Shown here: positions 45,966 through 54,374 of the stretch, piece by piece | Layout: each line of letters starts with the position of its first letter | Numbering within the stretch: the first letter of the stretch is position 1 | Virus record (IMG/VR): IMGVR_UViG_3300032893_000735 | Span: 1-64,000 of that record | Strand: one strand, 5' to 3' | Length of the DNA: 64,000 nucleotides | DNA from: a virus | Notes under the pieces: model-generated | Told to the model about the DNA's origin: nothing | The model's database searches: none | Seen by the model: only the letters and a program-made list of their open reading frames with translations | Made by a program: the position numbers and the translations under genes

Positions 45966-46685
45966 CTAGTGAGTATTATGGTAGAGTTCAGATCCCCATA
46001 CGGCAGGTTCTATAAGCCGAGTTCCCATGCTAACTCCGTTCCAGGTTTTCTTCAGGGCACAGATAGTTCCTGAACAAGGGGCTGGGAACAGATAAGAATG
46101 GAACTTGGTTTGGAAATCCCCAGTGGTCTTCCCGAGATTATATGTAACGGTATTAGTGTTGTGTAGGGTTTGGGTTATGTCAGGCGAGGAGACTAATTTA
46201 TCGAAATCGTATATGGACTTGTGTAGCATGTCCAGGTTGTCGTCTAATCTATTTTCAGTTTGAGGCAGGTTAACCAGAGCCCGGTGGGCATCCCCGCCGA
46301 TAGTATTCATCTGGGTTTGGGTATCTTGGATCAGGCCAGTTGCGGTTTGAATGGTGCTTCGAAGGTCAACTACTCCGCCGTTCAGGTTGTCGAACAAAAC
46401 TTGGCCGTGACCGTCCCAAGTAGACATCTGCTGCTGTTCGTGTCGTGCGACCAAATCGGTATGGACGACCAAAGACCGAGACTCATTAATCAGTTTGTCC
46501 GCGAGAACAATCGTCTCGTCGGCCTTGCTGATCGTCGTGTCCATTTTCTGGACGACAGGCGCGGCTTCGGATACGATAGCCTTGGACCGCTGTCCGACTC
46601 CACCCCACTCCCAAGTGGCCCAGGTAGCCATCGCTACCAAGGCCAGCAAGAAGATTCCAATCGAATTTAAGATATATTTGTTCAT
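45966..46685 (-). CDS. Membrane-anchored coiled-coil protein (spanin- or MlaD-like)
   Basis: N-terminal TM segment then heptad repeats. Confidence 0.45.
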   Translation of the reverse strand: MNKYILNSIGIFLLALVAMATWATWEWGGVGQRSKAIVSEAAPVVQKMDTTISKADETIVLADKLINESRSLVVHTDLVARHEQQQMSTWDGHGQVLFDNLNGGVVDLRSTIQTATGLIQDTQTQMNTIGGDAHRALVNLPQTENRLDDNLDMLHKSIYDFDKLVSSPDITQTLHNTNTVTYNLGKTTGDFQTKFHSYLFPAPCSGTICALKKTWNGVSMGTRLIEPAVWGSELYHNTH

Positions 46686-47023
46686 TACTTCTTAATGAGA
46701 GCCGTATACTGCGGGATGTCCTTAATCAAGGCTTCGACGGCCTGAATAACATTGATATCGAATCCAGTATTTTGCAGTTTGGCGGACGCAGCCGAGTCCC
46801 CAGCGTGCATAATAGCAGCTACATCGCCGAGAATAGCATACGCCAGTTTCTCAATAGGAAGTGCAATCGCACCATACGTAGGCACGGCTGCGGTCACTGC
46901 TTCAACCGTAGACTCAGTGGCCTGAACTTTCTGGATACCAGCCTCGACCTTGGGTTCGTCAGCCTTAACCTTCTCGAAAACTGTTGCGAAAAAATGTCCT
47001 ACTGTTTTAAACGGATTAGTCAC
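46685..47023 (-). CDS. Hypothetical protein
   Basis: GAGGAG RBS, GTG start. Confidence 0.6.
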   Translation of the reverse strand: MTNPFKTVGHFFATVFEKVKADEPKVEAGIQKVQATESTVEAVTAAVPTYGAIALPIEKLAYAILGDVAAIMHAGDSAASAKLQNTGFDINVIQAVEALIKDIPQYTALIKK

Positions 47024-47037
47024 TTGTATCTCCTCTG

Positions 47038-47262
47038 TTACTTTTGTGTAGGGTCCGCTGTAGTCTGGACCTCGTTAGATTTGTTCCCGATAGCTTTGCC
47101 TGTCAATAGCCCGATGCCCGCTCCGATTACTCCAGAGGCGGTTTCCTGCCCGAGACCAAACTGCTTGGACATAAGAGAGAAGGCAATCCCGATAATCAGA
47201 ACGGTAATCGCCACCCAGGCGGTGTCCATCGTATTTAGAGCGTTAATTATTTTCTGTAGCAT
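47038..47262 (-). CDS. Two-TM holin-like protein
   Basis: Two hydrophobic segments, 74 aa. Confidence 0.5.
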   Translation of the reverse strand: MLQKIINALNTMDTAWVAITVLIIGIAFSLMSKQFGLGQETASGVIGAGIGLLTGKAIGNKSNEVQTTADPTQK

Positions 47263-47271
47263 TTGTTTTCC

Positions 47272-47592
47272 TTACATTCCAGGAGCAGCCGTCGGAGTCG
47301 CGGGGGCAGATTGAGGCACGGCGGCTGCGGCGGGAGGACCGGCTGGAGCGGCTTGTGCGGATTGGTCGGGAACATTCTGGTCTATATGAGCCAAAAGAGC
47401 TGCCTTATCTGGTAGAACATGTTCCTCATCTTCAGGAGTAGTACCGTCGTCAGCAGGGGCGAACTTGTGGCGGACAATGTGCCCGCCTGACTTGCCATGC
47501 CTAATGTGGATCTCGTGTGGGTGCTTACCCTTGCTGGACGACTTCTTACCCCCGCCCATTCCCGCCTTGCTGCGGCTTGATTCGTTCTTCAT
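47272..47592 (-). CDS. Small basic/His-rich protein
   Basis: AAGGA RBS; K/H-rich N-terminal half. Confidence 0.6.
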   Translation of the reverse strand: MKNESSRSKAGMGGGKKSSSKGKHPHEIHIRHGKSGGHIVRHKFAPADDGTTPEDEEHVLPDKAALLAHIDQNVPDQSAQAAPAGPPAAAAVPQSAPATPTAAPGM

Positions 47593-47622
47593 TGGTTATC
47601 CTTTGTCCAGAAAATGGACGGG

Positions 47623-47814
47623 TTACTTGATGGCCTTCTTCAGCATGTTTTTCGCAGATTCCGGAGTCGATCCCTTAACTTTGATCTTGATCTTCGTCTC
47701 CCCGAGTTTCTTGGCCTGCTTCTTATCCGACTTAGCATCGGCCTTCATGATCTTCTTTTCCAACTTCTTGTCAGACTTCGCGTCTTTCTTTGCTGCCTTC
47801 ATATCTTTTGCCAT
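47623..47814 (-). CDS. Lys-rich small basic protein
   Basis: KDAKSDKK repeats; AAGGA RBS. Confidence 0.65.
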   Translation of the reverse strand: MAKDMKAAKKDAKSDKKLEKKIMKADAKSDKKQAKKLGETKIKIKVKGSTPESAKNMLKKAIK

Positions 47815-47832
47815 GATAAAATCCTTTGATAG

Positions 47833-48927
47833 TTAGTTACATGTTGAGCAATTCGGCCAAGTTCCGGAAGTACAATCCCCGAGTTGACCCGATGTTTTCC
47901 AACATACTCCGTGTCCAGCCGTGGGTGTTCCAGAGATCCCTGGGACTCCTAAATTCGTCCTCGCACCTGCCGCCGTAGTTGCTCCTGTGCCGCCGTTGTA
48001 AACTGCCGCAGATGTATTGACATTGGAACCTGACACATTAGGGGTGATCGAATCGGGCGAGATGTACGTGTAAGCGGCCCCCGCCGAGAGACCGTAGTTC
48101 ATATCCACGCCATTCAGAAGGTTTGGCGTGCCCGCTGTGTTCGTGTTCGTGAAGGCCACGTTTGCTGTGCCTCCGCCATTCGTCAACAAAGCTCCGGATA
48201 TAATCATCTGGCCGCTTTGATTCGTAAGGTTAGCCGTTGCCGATGCCGTGCTCAGTTCGGTGTTGATAAATACAGCCACGGAGCTAGCACCGTTCTGCGT
48301 GACAAGCGCCGTACCGGTTAGCCCGTTGAAATACGGCTGTCCTCCGGTGATCGTAATCGTGCCCGCTGCTTGAACGCTGATGAACTGCGGCGATCCTCCC
48401 TGGATCGTAAGATTCGTGTTCAGAGCCCCGCCAATCCTCGCCGATTGAACCGCACCGGTGTAGGCGTAAGTAACATTCGTGGCCGTGGTGGTGAAGTTGA
48501 ATAGCGTTGTCGGGCCATTTAGCGTGATGTTCCCTGTTACCGTTACCGCGCACCCATTCCCGTTGATCGTGGCCGCATAAGCAGGAAATGAAATGTTTCC
48601 CGTATACGTGTACGGAGTAGACGTGGGAGTGCAATTTATCACGAATGGTTCTGTCAGTGCCGATACGGCAGGAAGGAGAGTTGTCAGTGACTTGAACGGA
48701 TAGGAGATCGATCCATTTTCAGTGTAACTATCTGCCCTCGTGCCGTCAAGATAAAATGTCGCTACCGGAGTCGTACCAGTCCCTATTCCAGCTCCGTATA
48801 TAACACCACCCACATAAACATTCCCGACAACTCCGAGATTTGTGTATGGATAGTTCGTTGTCTGTCCGAATAATGGACTAGCCGCGAGAATCAGCAAGAA
48901 AAGAATAGATGCGAGAGTCTTTTTCAT
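47833..48927 (-). CDS. Fibre-like protein with a signal-peptide-like N-terminus
   Basis: MKKTLASILFLLILAASPLFGQ; NGSISYPFKS; GGTGATTAAGARTNLG fibre motif. Confidence 0.6.
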   Translation of the reverse strand: MKKTLASILFLLILAASPLFGQTTNYPYTNLGVVGNVYVGGVIYGAGIGTGTTPVATFYLDGTRADSYTENGSISYPFKSLTTLLPAVSALTEPFVINCTPTSTPYTYTGNISFPAYAATINGNGCAVTVTGNITLNGPTTLFNFTTTATNVTYAYTGAVQSARIGGALNTNLTIQGGSPQFISVQAAGTITITGGQPYFNGLTGTALVTQNGASSVAVFINTELSTASATANLTNQSGQMIISGALLTNGGGTANVAFTNTNTAGTPNLLNGVDMNYGLSAGAAYTYISPDSITPNVSGSNVNTSAAVYNGGTGATTAAGARTNLGVPGISGTPTAGHGVCWKTSGQLGDCTSGTWPNCSTCN

Positions 48928-48931
48928 TCCT

Positions 48932-49558
48932 CTACAGCCTCGTAATAGCGAATTCTGTTACGGTGACTGTGTTGCTTCCGCCACCTGAAAAAGTAAATGA
49001 TGGGATGAAGTTAAGGTCAGAGATAGACAAACCGGAAACACTAGCCGTGTTGCTGACGGCCACGACTGACCCGTTCATATACTGAGCAGCGGCTCCGAAA
49101 CTCAGGATCTTGGTTGTCGAGTCCCATAGGAATTGAGCCTTGAGCCAGAAGTTGATACTGGCTGACGACGTAATCCCAGAAGTTGCCGTACCTGTTACAA
49201 TATTTGTGCATCCAGTTCCCAAAGTTCCGATGGTATAGTTCTTAGAGTACGGACCTTCGGACCAAGTTGACTTCTTTGCGTTGTAAAGATTAACCAGACA
49301 GTTTGTAGTAGTGGCCCCCGAGATTGTACCCGCCATCTGGACCTCAAACGGGTGACCGTCGAAAACATCAGGAGAAACATCAGGCGGTACGCTGATAAAA
49401 AGTCCAACAGGGTAGGTAGTTGTAGACAGAGGGAACAATGGAGAAGGAAATCTAGAGTATACCCCGGATGCCGAAGGAGCGAGCAAAGGAGTCTCTGAAG
49501 TTCCCGAGACTACTTGCGTGTAGTTACGAATTCCGTAGGAGGTATCCGAGCGGCTCAT
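48932..49558 (-). CDS. Structural paralogue family member
   Basis: FDGHPF...LWDST...SDLNFIPSFTF...TEFAITRL. Confidence 0.6.
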   Translation of the reverse strand: MSRSDTSYGIRNYTQVVSGTSETPLLAPSASGVYSRFPSPLFPLSTTTYPVGLFISVPPDVSPDVFDGHPFEVQMAGTISGATTTNCLVNLYNAKKSTWSEGPYSKNYTIGTLGTGCTNIVTGTATSGITSSASINFWLKAQFLWDSTTKILSFGAAAQYMNGSVVAVSNTASVSGLSISDLNFIPSFTFSGGGSNTVTVTEFAITRL

Positions 49559-49586
49559 TTATCCTTCAATCTGTCCACAAAATGGA

Positions 49587-49943
49587 CTAAACAGAATACC
49601 AAATAAACAATCTTGTTCCGGTTGCTGTAAGTCCCGTAACCGCAAAATCACGCCAGTTTACCCTGCCCATAACAGCAGGTTCCGAGTCTACAATAAGTTC
49701 CGTGTTGGCGGGGGAAGCAGAAGGAACGACCAACGGAGGATACAAAGTTGAACTGTCAGAGGGGGCGGTGATAGTTACGGTACCTGCGGTAGACGCTCCG
49801 CCGGGACCGACGGCCAGAACGAGCTTGGATACTCGGATTCCACAACCCTGAGTACAGTTGGTCGAAGTCACCGCAGCGGCATTCCGAAATGTCGTTATAT
49901 CTGTATCTATCACAATCGGTGAAGTATTCAGAGAGTTCGCCAA
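49587..49943 (-). CDS. Hypothetical structural protein
   Basis: 118 aa, beta-rich; AGGAG RBS. Confidence 0.55.
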   Translation of the reverse strand: MANSLNTSPIVIDTDITTFRNAAAVTSTNCTQGCGIRVSKLVLAVGPGGASTAGTVTITAPSDSSTLYPPLVVPSASPANTELIVDSEPAVMGRVNWRDFAVTGLTATGTRLFIWYSV

Positions 49944-49952
49944 GGTGACTCC

Positions 49953-50171
49953 TTAGTCGTTTAATTTAAAGTGTTTACGAAGCAGAGTTTTGAGGCTGAA
50001 GACCTGGGCATCGAAGTGAACCTTGAGGTATGAGTCCGACACATCACGTGCGTCCATAACATCGCACAGGTATTTCTTTAGGTCAACTTCAATTTCTTTT
50101 ACCAGCAGGTGCCGATCAGCTCCCCAGATTACTACGAGAACGAATACTATAGCGCAGATAATTGCGATCAT
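49953..50171 (-). CDS. Small membrane protein
   Basis: N-terminal TM segment; GAGGAG RBS. Confidence 0.55.
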   Translation of the reverse strand: MIAIICAIVFVLVVIWGADRHLLVKEIEVDLKKYLCDVMDARDVSDSYLKVHFDAQVFSLKTLLRKHFKLND

Positions 50172-50216
50172 TTCGTCTCCTCTGGGGGCCTTTCGGCCCC
50201 CGTGGGTTTAGTGATA

Positions 50217-50702
50217 TTACACGAGTTCTAGTTTAAACTCAGTAATGGTTAGAGTAGAAGTCGGGTCCCCTCCGCTTCCTTTCGCTCCGCCAACACAAAA
50301 AACCAAATCGGACTGCGAGGGGATGGAGTATAGAGTAGTGTTGTTCCCTGACTGGATAACTTGTTGAGAAACAGAGTCCCATACCAGATTCACTTCAGAA
50401 ACAAAATTACTTACCAGCGAACCGCTCCCCGAAGTTGTCCCTAGAGCTACGCCGGGTAAGTTAACCAAGATAGGGGATGAAGTCGAGGTTCCCAAGTATA
50501 TAGTAGCGTTCGGGTTCGCTCCTCCAGAAGAAATTTCAACCCGACCAGTTACGATCAGTCTTAAAAGTTTTCCAGAAAGAAGAGGCGCAGAAGGGGCGGA
50601 CAATACAGCGGTTCCTCCCGAAGCCAGTTGTACCAAAGAAGTAGTTGTGGATGTCTCGGACAAAACTGACAGTTGAGAGGGCTCTATTTTTGCTAAGAAC
50701 AA
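50217..50702 (-). CDS. Structural paralogue family member (divergent)
   Basis: LVWDS...SDLVF...TEFKLE. Confidence 0.55.
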   Translation of the reverse strand: MFLAKIEPSQLSVLSETSTTTSLVQLASGGTAVLSAPSAPLLSGKLLRLIVTGRVEISSGGANPNATIYLGTSTSSPILVNLPGVALGTTSGSGSLVSNFVSEVNLVWDSVSQQVIQSGNNTTLYSIPSQSDLVFCVGGAKGSGGDPTSTLTITEFKLELV

Positions 50703-50726
50703 TTTTATCTCCTGTTTTGTGGTGAT

Positions 50727-51359
50727 TTACAGCCGATTGATGCAGAATTCCTTGATGTTCACGGTTGTCGTTGCTGCCGATGCGAAGGTGAACGAAGGAA
50801 TAAAGTTCAAGTCGGTAATAGCGACCGACGTTGCGTTGGCATTGGCGGCATTGGCTACGACCGCGCCGTTGATGTACTGGGTGGTTCCGCACCACGATAG
50901 GATCTTGGTGAGGCTGTCCCACATGAACGTGGTCTTCAGCAAACAGTTGATGGTCACGCTCGAAGTCAAACCAGCGGTTGCGGTTCCAGTAAGAACCTTG
51001 GTACAACCTGTGCCGAGAGTAGCCAATGTGTAGCTAGATGAAGCCGAACCACCAGAGAATGTTGAAGCCTTGGCATTGTACAGATTGACCAAAGTGTTCG
51101 TGGTTGCGGTGCTCGAAGCGGTGAAGGACAGGCTGACTTCGAAAGGATGCCCGTCAAACTGACTACCAGCAATATCTGCCGGAACGCCAATAAACACGCC
51201 AACAGGATAGGTGGTGGTTGAAAGCGGGAACTCCGGCGAAGGGAAATATGGAGAAACGCCAGAGGCGGTGGGAGCGAGCAGGGCGGTTTCAGAGGTTACG
51301 GATACGACCTGCGAATAGTTGAAATTGGGGTAGCCAAAGCTAGAGTCTTGACGCGCCAT
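50727..51359 (-). CDS. Structural paralogue family member
   Basis: FDGHPF...MWDSL...TDLNFIPSFTF...KEFCINRL. Confidence 0.6.
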   Translation of the reverse strand: MARQDSSFGYPNFNYSQVVSVTSETALLAPTASGVSPYFPSPEFPLSTTTYPVGVFIGVPADIAGSQFDGHPFEVSLSFTASSTATTNTLVNLYNAKASTFSGGSASSSYTLATLGTGCTKVLTGTATAGLTSSVTINCLLKTTFMWDSLTKILSWCGTTQYINGAVVANAANANATSVAITDLNFIPSFTFASAATTTVNIKEFCINRL

Positions 51360-51467
51360 TTATTGATTCCTTTATAGTTGTGGGGTGATTTGTCTGGGGC
51401 CTAGAATCAGCCCCACGTTGCGCAGGCCCGAACCGGGTCTCGATTAGTGTCCAGAAAACGGACAAGA

Positions 51468-51549
51468 TGGAGCGGAAGACGAGATTCGAACTCGCATGTC
51501 TAAGACGGTTGCTTGGAAGGCAACGGCTCTACCACTGAGCGACTTCCGC
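51468..51549 (-). tRNA. tRNA-Gly(TCC) with an extended variable arm
   Basis: Cloverleaf, loop CTTCCAA, TTCGAAT, CCA. Confidence 0.85.
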
Positions 51550-51554
51550 GAACT

Positions 51555-51632
51555 TGGTCCCCGAAGACGGACTTGAACCGCCCACCTAGCGGTTATCGAC
51601 CGCTTGCTCTTGTCAAGATGAGCTATTCGGGG
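51555..51632 (-). tRNA. tRNA-Ile(GAT), C33
   Basis: AGCGG-TCGATAA-CCGCT; CCA. Confidence 0.8.
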
Positions 51633-51633
51633 A

Positions 51634-51707
51634 TGGTGCCGAATAAGAGATTCGAACTCCTGTCTTCTGGGTGTAGACCAGAGGCCCTGCCTTTAGGCGA
51701 ACTCGGC
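51634..51707 (-). tRNA. tRNA-Val(TAC), C33
   Basis: TCTGG-TCTACAC-CCAGA; CCA. Confidence 0.8.
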
Positions 51708-51712
51708 AAAAC

Positions 51713-51787
51713 TGGTGATCGCAGACAGAATCAAACTGTCATATCAGGCTTCGGAGACCTGCGCTCTGTTCTTTGAGCTATGCGACC
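51713..51787 (-). tRNA. tRNA-Arg(CCG)
   Basis: Loop CTCCGAA; CCA. Confidence 0.8.
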
Positions 51788-51791
51788 AAAC

Positions 51792-51867
51792 TGGAGATCC
51801 CGCCGAGACTCAAACTCGGGTCTGAAGTTTAGGAAACTACTGCTCTATTCTCCTGAGCTACGGGACC
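51792..51867 (-). tRNA. tRNA-Arg(CCT)
   Basis: Loop TTCCTAA; CCA. Confidence 0.8.
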
Positions 51868-51873
51868 GAAACT

Positions 51874-51949
51874 TGGAACTCCTGGAGGGAGTCGAACCCC
51901 CGACCTAGACTTTAGAAAAATCCCGCTCTTCCGTCTGAGCTACAGGAGC
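51874..51949 (-). tRNA. tRNA-Arg(TCT)
   Basis: Loop TTTCTAA; CCA. Confidence 0.85.
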
Positions 51950-51953
51950 AAAC

Positions 51954-52028
51954 TGGTAGACCGCCAGAGACTCGAACTCTGTCCAAGACGCGGTAAAAGC
52001 ACGTTATGCACCCTCACACTCACGGTCC
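51954..52028 (-). tRNA. tRNA-Lys(TTT)
   Basis: Loop CTTTTAC; CCA. Confidence 0.75.
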
Positions 52029-52034
52029 AAAACT

Positions 52035-52110
52035 TGGTGCGTCCAGAGGGAAACGATCCCCCGACCTTCTCATTAAGAGTGAGTTGCTCTACCAACTGAG
52101 CTATGGACGC
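52035..52110 (-). tRNA. tRNA-Lys(CTT)
   Basis: Loop CTCTTAA; CCA. Confidence 0.85.
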
Positions 52111-52111
52111 A

Positions 52112-52204
52112 TGGTAGGCGATGAGTGAGTTGAACACTCCCGTTGCGCTAATCTGGCGCTTTCCCGAGTCTATAAGTCTCAGCCGCACACCGATGCTATC
52201 GCCC
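52112..52204 (-). tRNA. Atypical tRNA, anticodon TAT (Ile), with a long variable arm
   Basis: Loop CTTATAG; V-arm GCGC-CAGATTA-GCGC; CCA. Confidence 0.7.
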
Positions 52205-52211
52205 GTAAACT

Positions 52212-52282
52212 TGGTGCCAAAGCGGGGAATCAAACCCCTCATTCCGCTTTATGAGGGCAGATGCCGAATCATCGGCCTTGGC
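52212..52282 (-). tRNA. tRNA with CAT anticodon (Met/Ile2), degenerate
   Basis: Loop CTCATAA; short D region; CCA. Confidence 0.6.
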
Positions 52283-52287
52283 AAAAC

Positions 52288-52362
52288 TGGCGGGAGATGT
52301 AGGATTTTAACCCACAAGTTCCGGGTTGGAGCCGGACAGTTTGACATTGAGCTTAATCTCCC
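52288..52362 (-). tRNA. tRNA-Trp(CCA)
   Basis: TCCGG-CTCCAAC-CCGGA; CCA. Confidence 0.75.
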
Positions 52363-52363
52363 G

Positions 52364-52438
52364 TGGAACCCGGTAGCGGAGTTCAACCGCTGTTTCGAAG
52401 TTCGTAGCTTCGCGCCTTATGCGTTAGACGAACCGGGC
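52364..52438 (-). tRNA. tRNA-Arg(ACG)
   Basis: CGAAG-CTACGAA-CTTCG; CCA. Confidence 0.8.
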
Positions 52439-52447
52439 ATTTTAAAA

Positions 52448-52521
52448 TGGTCGGGGTAGAGGTAATCGAAACCTCGTCTTATGATCCCAAATCATAGGCT
52501 TGACCTTCCAGCTATACCCCG
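52448..52521 (-). tRNA. tRNA-Pro(TGG)
   Basis: TATGA-TTTGGGA-TCATA; CCA. Confidence 0.85.
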
Positions 52522-52522
52522 A

Positions 52523-52598
52523 TGGTGGGCAGTCGCAGAATCGAACTGCGCCGTGAGGCTTTTCAGACCTCCGTTCCAACCATGCAAACTCACTACCC
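52523..52598 (-). tRNA. tRNA-Phe(GAA)
   Basis: Loop CTGAAAA; CCA. Confidence 0.8.
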
Positions 52599-52710
52599 AA
52601 AACTTATTCGGTTTTATCTGCATCATCATTCTCGGGCATATAAGAGGTTAGTCAAGCTAACGTAGGATGCTTGCAATGGCAGAGCGGGAAACCGAAAAAC
52701 ACCTTTGTAT

Positions 52711-52786
52711 TGGTGGAGCATGTCGGATCTGCCCCGACTGCCTCCGCGTTGCAGGCGCGGCGCTCTCCTAATTGAGCTAATGCCCC
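52711..52786 (-). tRNA. tRNA-Ala(TGC), C33
   Basis: G3.U70 pair; loop CCTGCAA; CCA. Confidence 0.85.
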
Positions 52787-53367
52787 TACTCGGGGTGCCT
52801 CCATTTGTAAGGCCCGTCCCGATTATTATAGTGGTCCAAATCATGACAATTAGGGCATAAGAGTTCCAAATTGTCTATCGTATTATTTGTTCGATCTCTA
52901 TCCTTATGGTGAACTTGCAAAATTTCCGGATGAAGATCATACCCACATCTGTTACAAATCTTATCGTAAGTTCGAAGTGCTATCGCTCTGTAGCTGTATC
53001 TTCCATCGCCATAATGACTTGGTCTGAGAATTTCATTATGCTTTCCCATTCTTTGGGCGTCATCTTTGCAGATTCTAGAACAAAATCGGAGTCCGCTCTT
53101 CGATTTCTTGAGATTAGATTGACTTCTGTAAAAGATCAACCCACAGTTGTCACACTTTAGTTCATGTATTTTAGACGGATTGGATGCTCGGAAACATTCA
53201 GGGCTACAGTATCTCCTACCTGCATGTTTTGGGGCATAGAAACTTTTTCCGCAAAAAGTACAGAACTGCAAAAACAACTTACGCTGCTTTCCATCATAGA
53301 TAGTTGAAACAATTACCTCTTCCACGTTTAGTCCTCTTCTGGGGGCGGGACCTACGCGAATCATCAA
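52786..53367 (-). CDS. HNH endonuclease with Zn fingers, inserted in the tRNA array
   Basis: Multiple CxxC; QVHHKDRDRTNNTIDNLELLCPNCH. Confidence 0.85.
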   Translation of the reverse strand: MMIRVGPAPRRGLNVEEVIVSTIYDGKQRKLFLQFCTFCGKSFYAPKHAGRRYCSPECFRASNPSKIHELKCDNCGLIFYRSQSNLKKSKSGLRFCSRICKDDAQRMGKHNEILRPSHYGDGRYSYRAIALRTYDKICNRCGYDLHPEILQVHHKDRDRTNNTIDNLELLCPNCHDLDHYNNRDGPYKWRHPE

Positions 53368-53440
53368 TCCACCACCTGTAGAATTTCTATGCTACAGGAC
53401 ATTTACCACGCTTGAGTTTAGCATCCTCAAACACTTATTT

Positions 53441-53520
53441 TGGGGTGGCCGGAGGAAGTTGAATCCTCAAGAAGCAAATTCCACAGACTTGTCCGACATA
53501 CCCGTAGTCGGCACGGCCAC
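53441..53520 (-). tRNA. tRNA-His(GTG), no encoded G-1
   Basis: Loop CTGTGGA; C73; CCA. Confidence 0.75.
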
Positions 53521-53547
53521 ACTTGTTGTCCATTATCTGGACGAAAC

Positions 53548-53629
53548 TGGAGCCTAGTGAGGGACTCGAACCCTCGCGTTGGAATGGCAGTTTACAAAAC
53601 TGCTGCTGTCGCCGCTGAGCCAACTAGGC
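53548..53629 (-). tRNA. tRNA-Thr(TGT), enlarged variable loop
   Basis: GCAGT-TTTGTAA-ACTGC; CCA. Confidence 0.85.
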
Positions 53630-53675
53630 ATTTCACGTCCGCACTTAGGGAGGCGGAACTCCAACTTACAAAGAA

Positions 53676-53704
53676 ATACTACCACAACATTTCTTAATTG
53701 TCAA
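53676..53704 (-). promoter_or_regulatory. Internal sigma70 promoter of the tRNA array
   Basis: TTGACA-N17-TAGTAT with extended TG. Confidence 0.7.
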
Positions 53705-53712
53705 GCGAAATC

Positions 53713-53787
53713 TGGAGCCGAATAGCGGCCTCAAACCGCTGTCTCATGCGTACCAAGCATGTGCTCTTTCTGTTGAGCTAATTCGGC
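53713..53787 (-). tRNA. tRNA-Thr(GGT)
   Basis: Loop TTGGTAC; CCA. Confidence 0.8.
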
Positions 53788-53788
53788 T

Positions 53789-53862
53789 TGGAGCCCAATT
53801 GGGGAATTCAACCCCAGTCTTCTCTGTACGAAGGAGATGTACTGGCACTGTACTAATCGGGC
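53789..53862 (-). tRNA. tRNA-Thr(CGT)
   Basis: Loop TTCGTAC; CCA. Confidence 0.75.
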
Positions 53863-53868
53863 ATTAGT

Positions 53869-53943
53869 TGGCTCCGCCGCGAGGTTACGATCCCCGTTTC
53901 CCGAGTTCAAAGCCCGGTGCCTTACCGATTAGACGACGGCGGA
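53869..53943 (-). tRNA. tRNA-Gln(TTG)
   Basis: Loop CTTTGAA; U1-A72; CCA. Confidence 0.8.
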
Positions 53944-53949
53944 ATAACT

Positions 53950-54028
53950 TGGGGAGGTAGACGGGAATTGAACCCGCGTAACACGGTGTGAAAGACCGTG
54001 GACAAAAACCAGCGTTGTCGGCTACCTC
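53950..54028 (-). tRNA. tRNA-Glu(TTC)
   Basis: ACGGT-CTTTCAC-ACCGT; CCA. Confidence 0.75.
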
Positions 54029-54045
54029 AAACTTTTTATCTAAAA

Positions 54046-54132
54046 TGGCGGAAGTCGGAGGTAACGATCCCCCATCCCTTTCGGGAGCCACGGTTTTCAA
54101 AACCGTTTGTCTCACCATCGACGGCGACTTCC
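54046..54132 (-). tRNA. tRNA-Ser(TGA)
   Basis: Loop TTTGAAA; long V-arm; G73. Confidence 0.85.
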
Positions 54133-54136
54133 AAAC

Positions 54137-54224
54137 TGGCGGTTGGTTGAGAAATCGAATCCCCGTGCCTTACGACACTCCGACTGCTTTCGAAACAGTT
54201 TGCGAACCTTTCGCGGAACCAACC
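54137..54224 (-). tRNA. tRNA-Ser(CGA)
   Basis: Loop TTCGAAA; long V-arm; G73. Confidence 0.75.
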
Positions 54225-54374
54225 TTAAACTAATTCGCGGAGAGAATTTCGGCGTCAGTACAATGTTTCTTTCGCTGGGCAGTTTCTCTCTGCCTCGGAT
54301 CGGGTTCTAGACCCCGTTAGCTAGTACCTGAAAAGCATCCCTCGTCTGCACACGACCTATTTCTAGCGCGAAAC

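Noticed and set aside
51513-54310. ORFs overlapping the tRNA array
   Set aside because: They overlap clear tRNA cloverleaves and lack RBSs or protein-like composition; the HNH at 52786-53367 is the exception.
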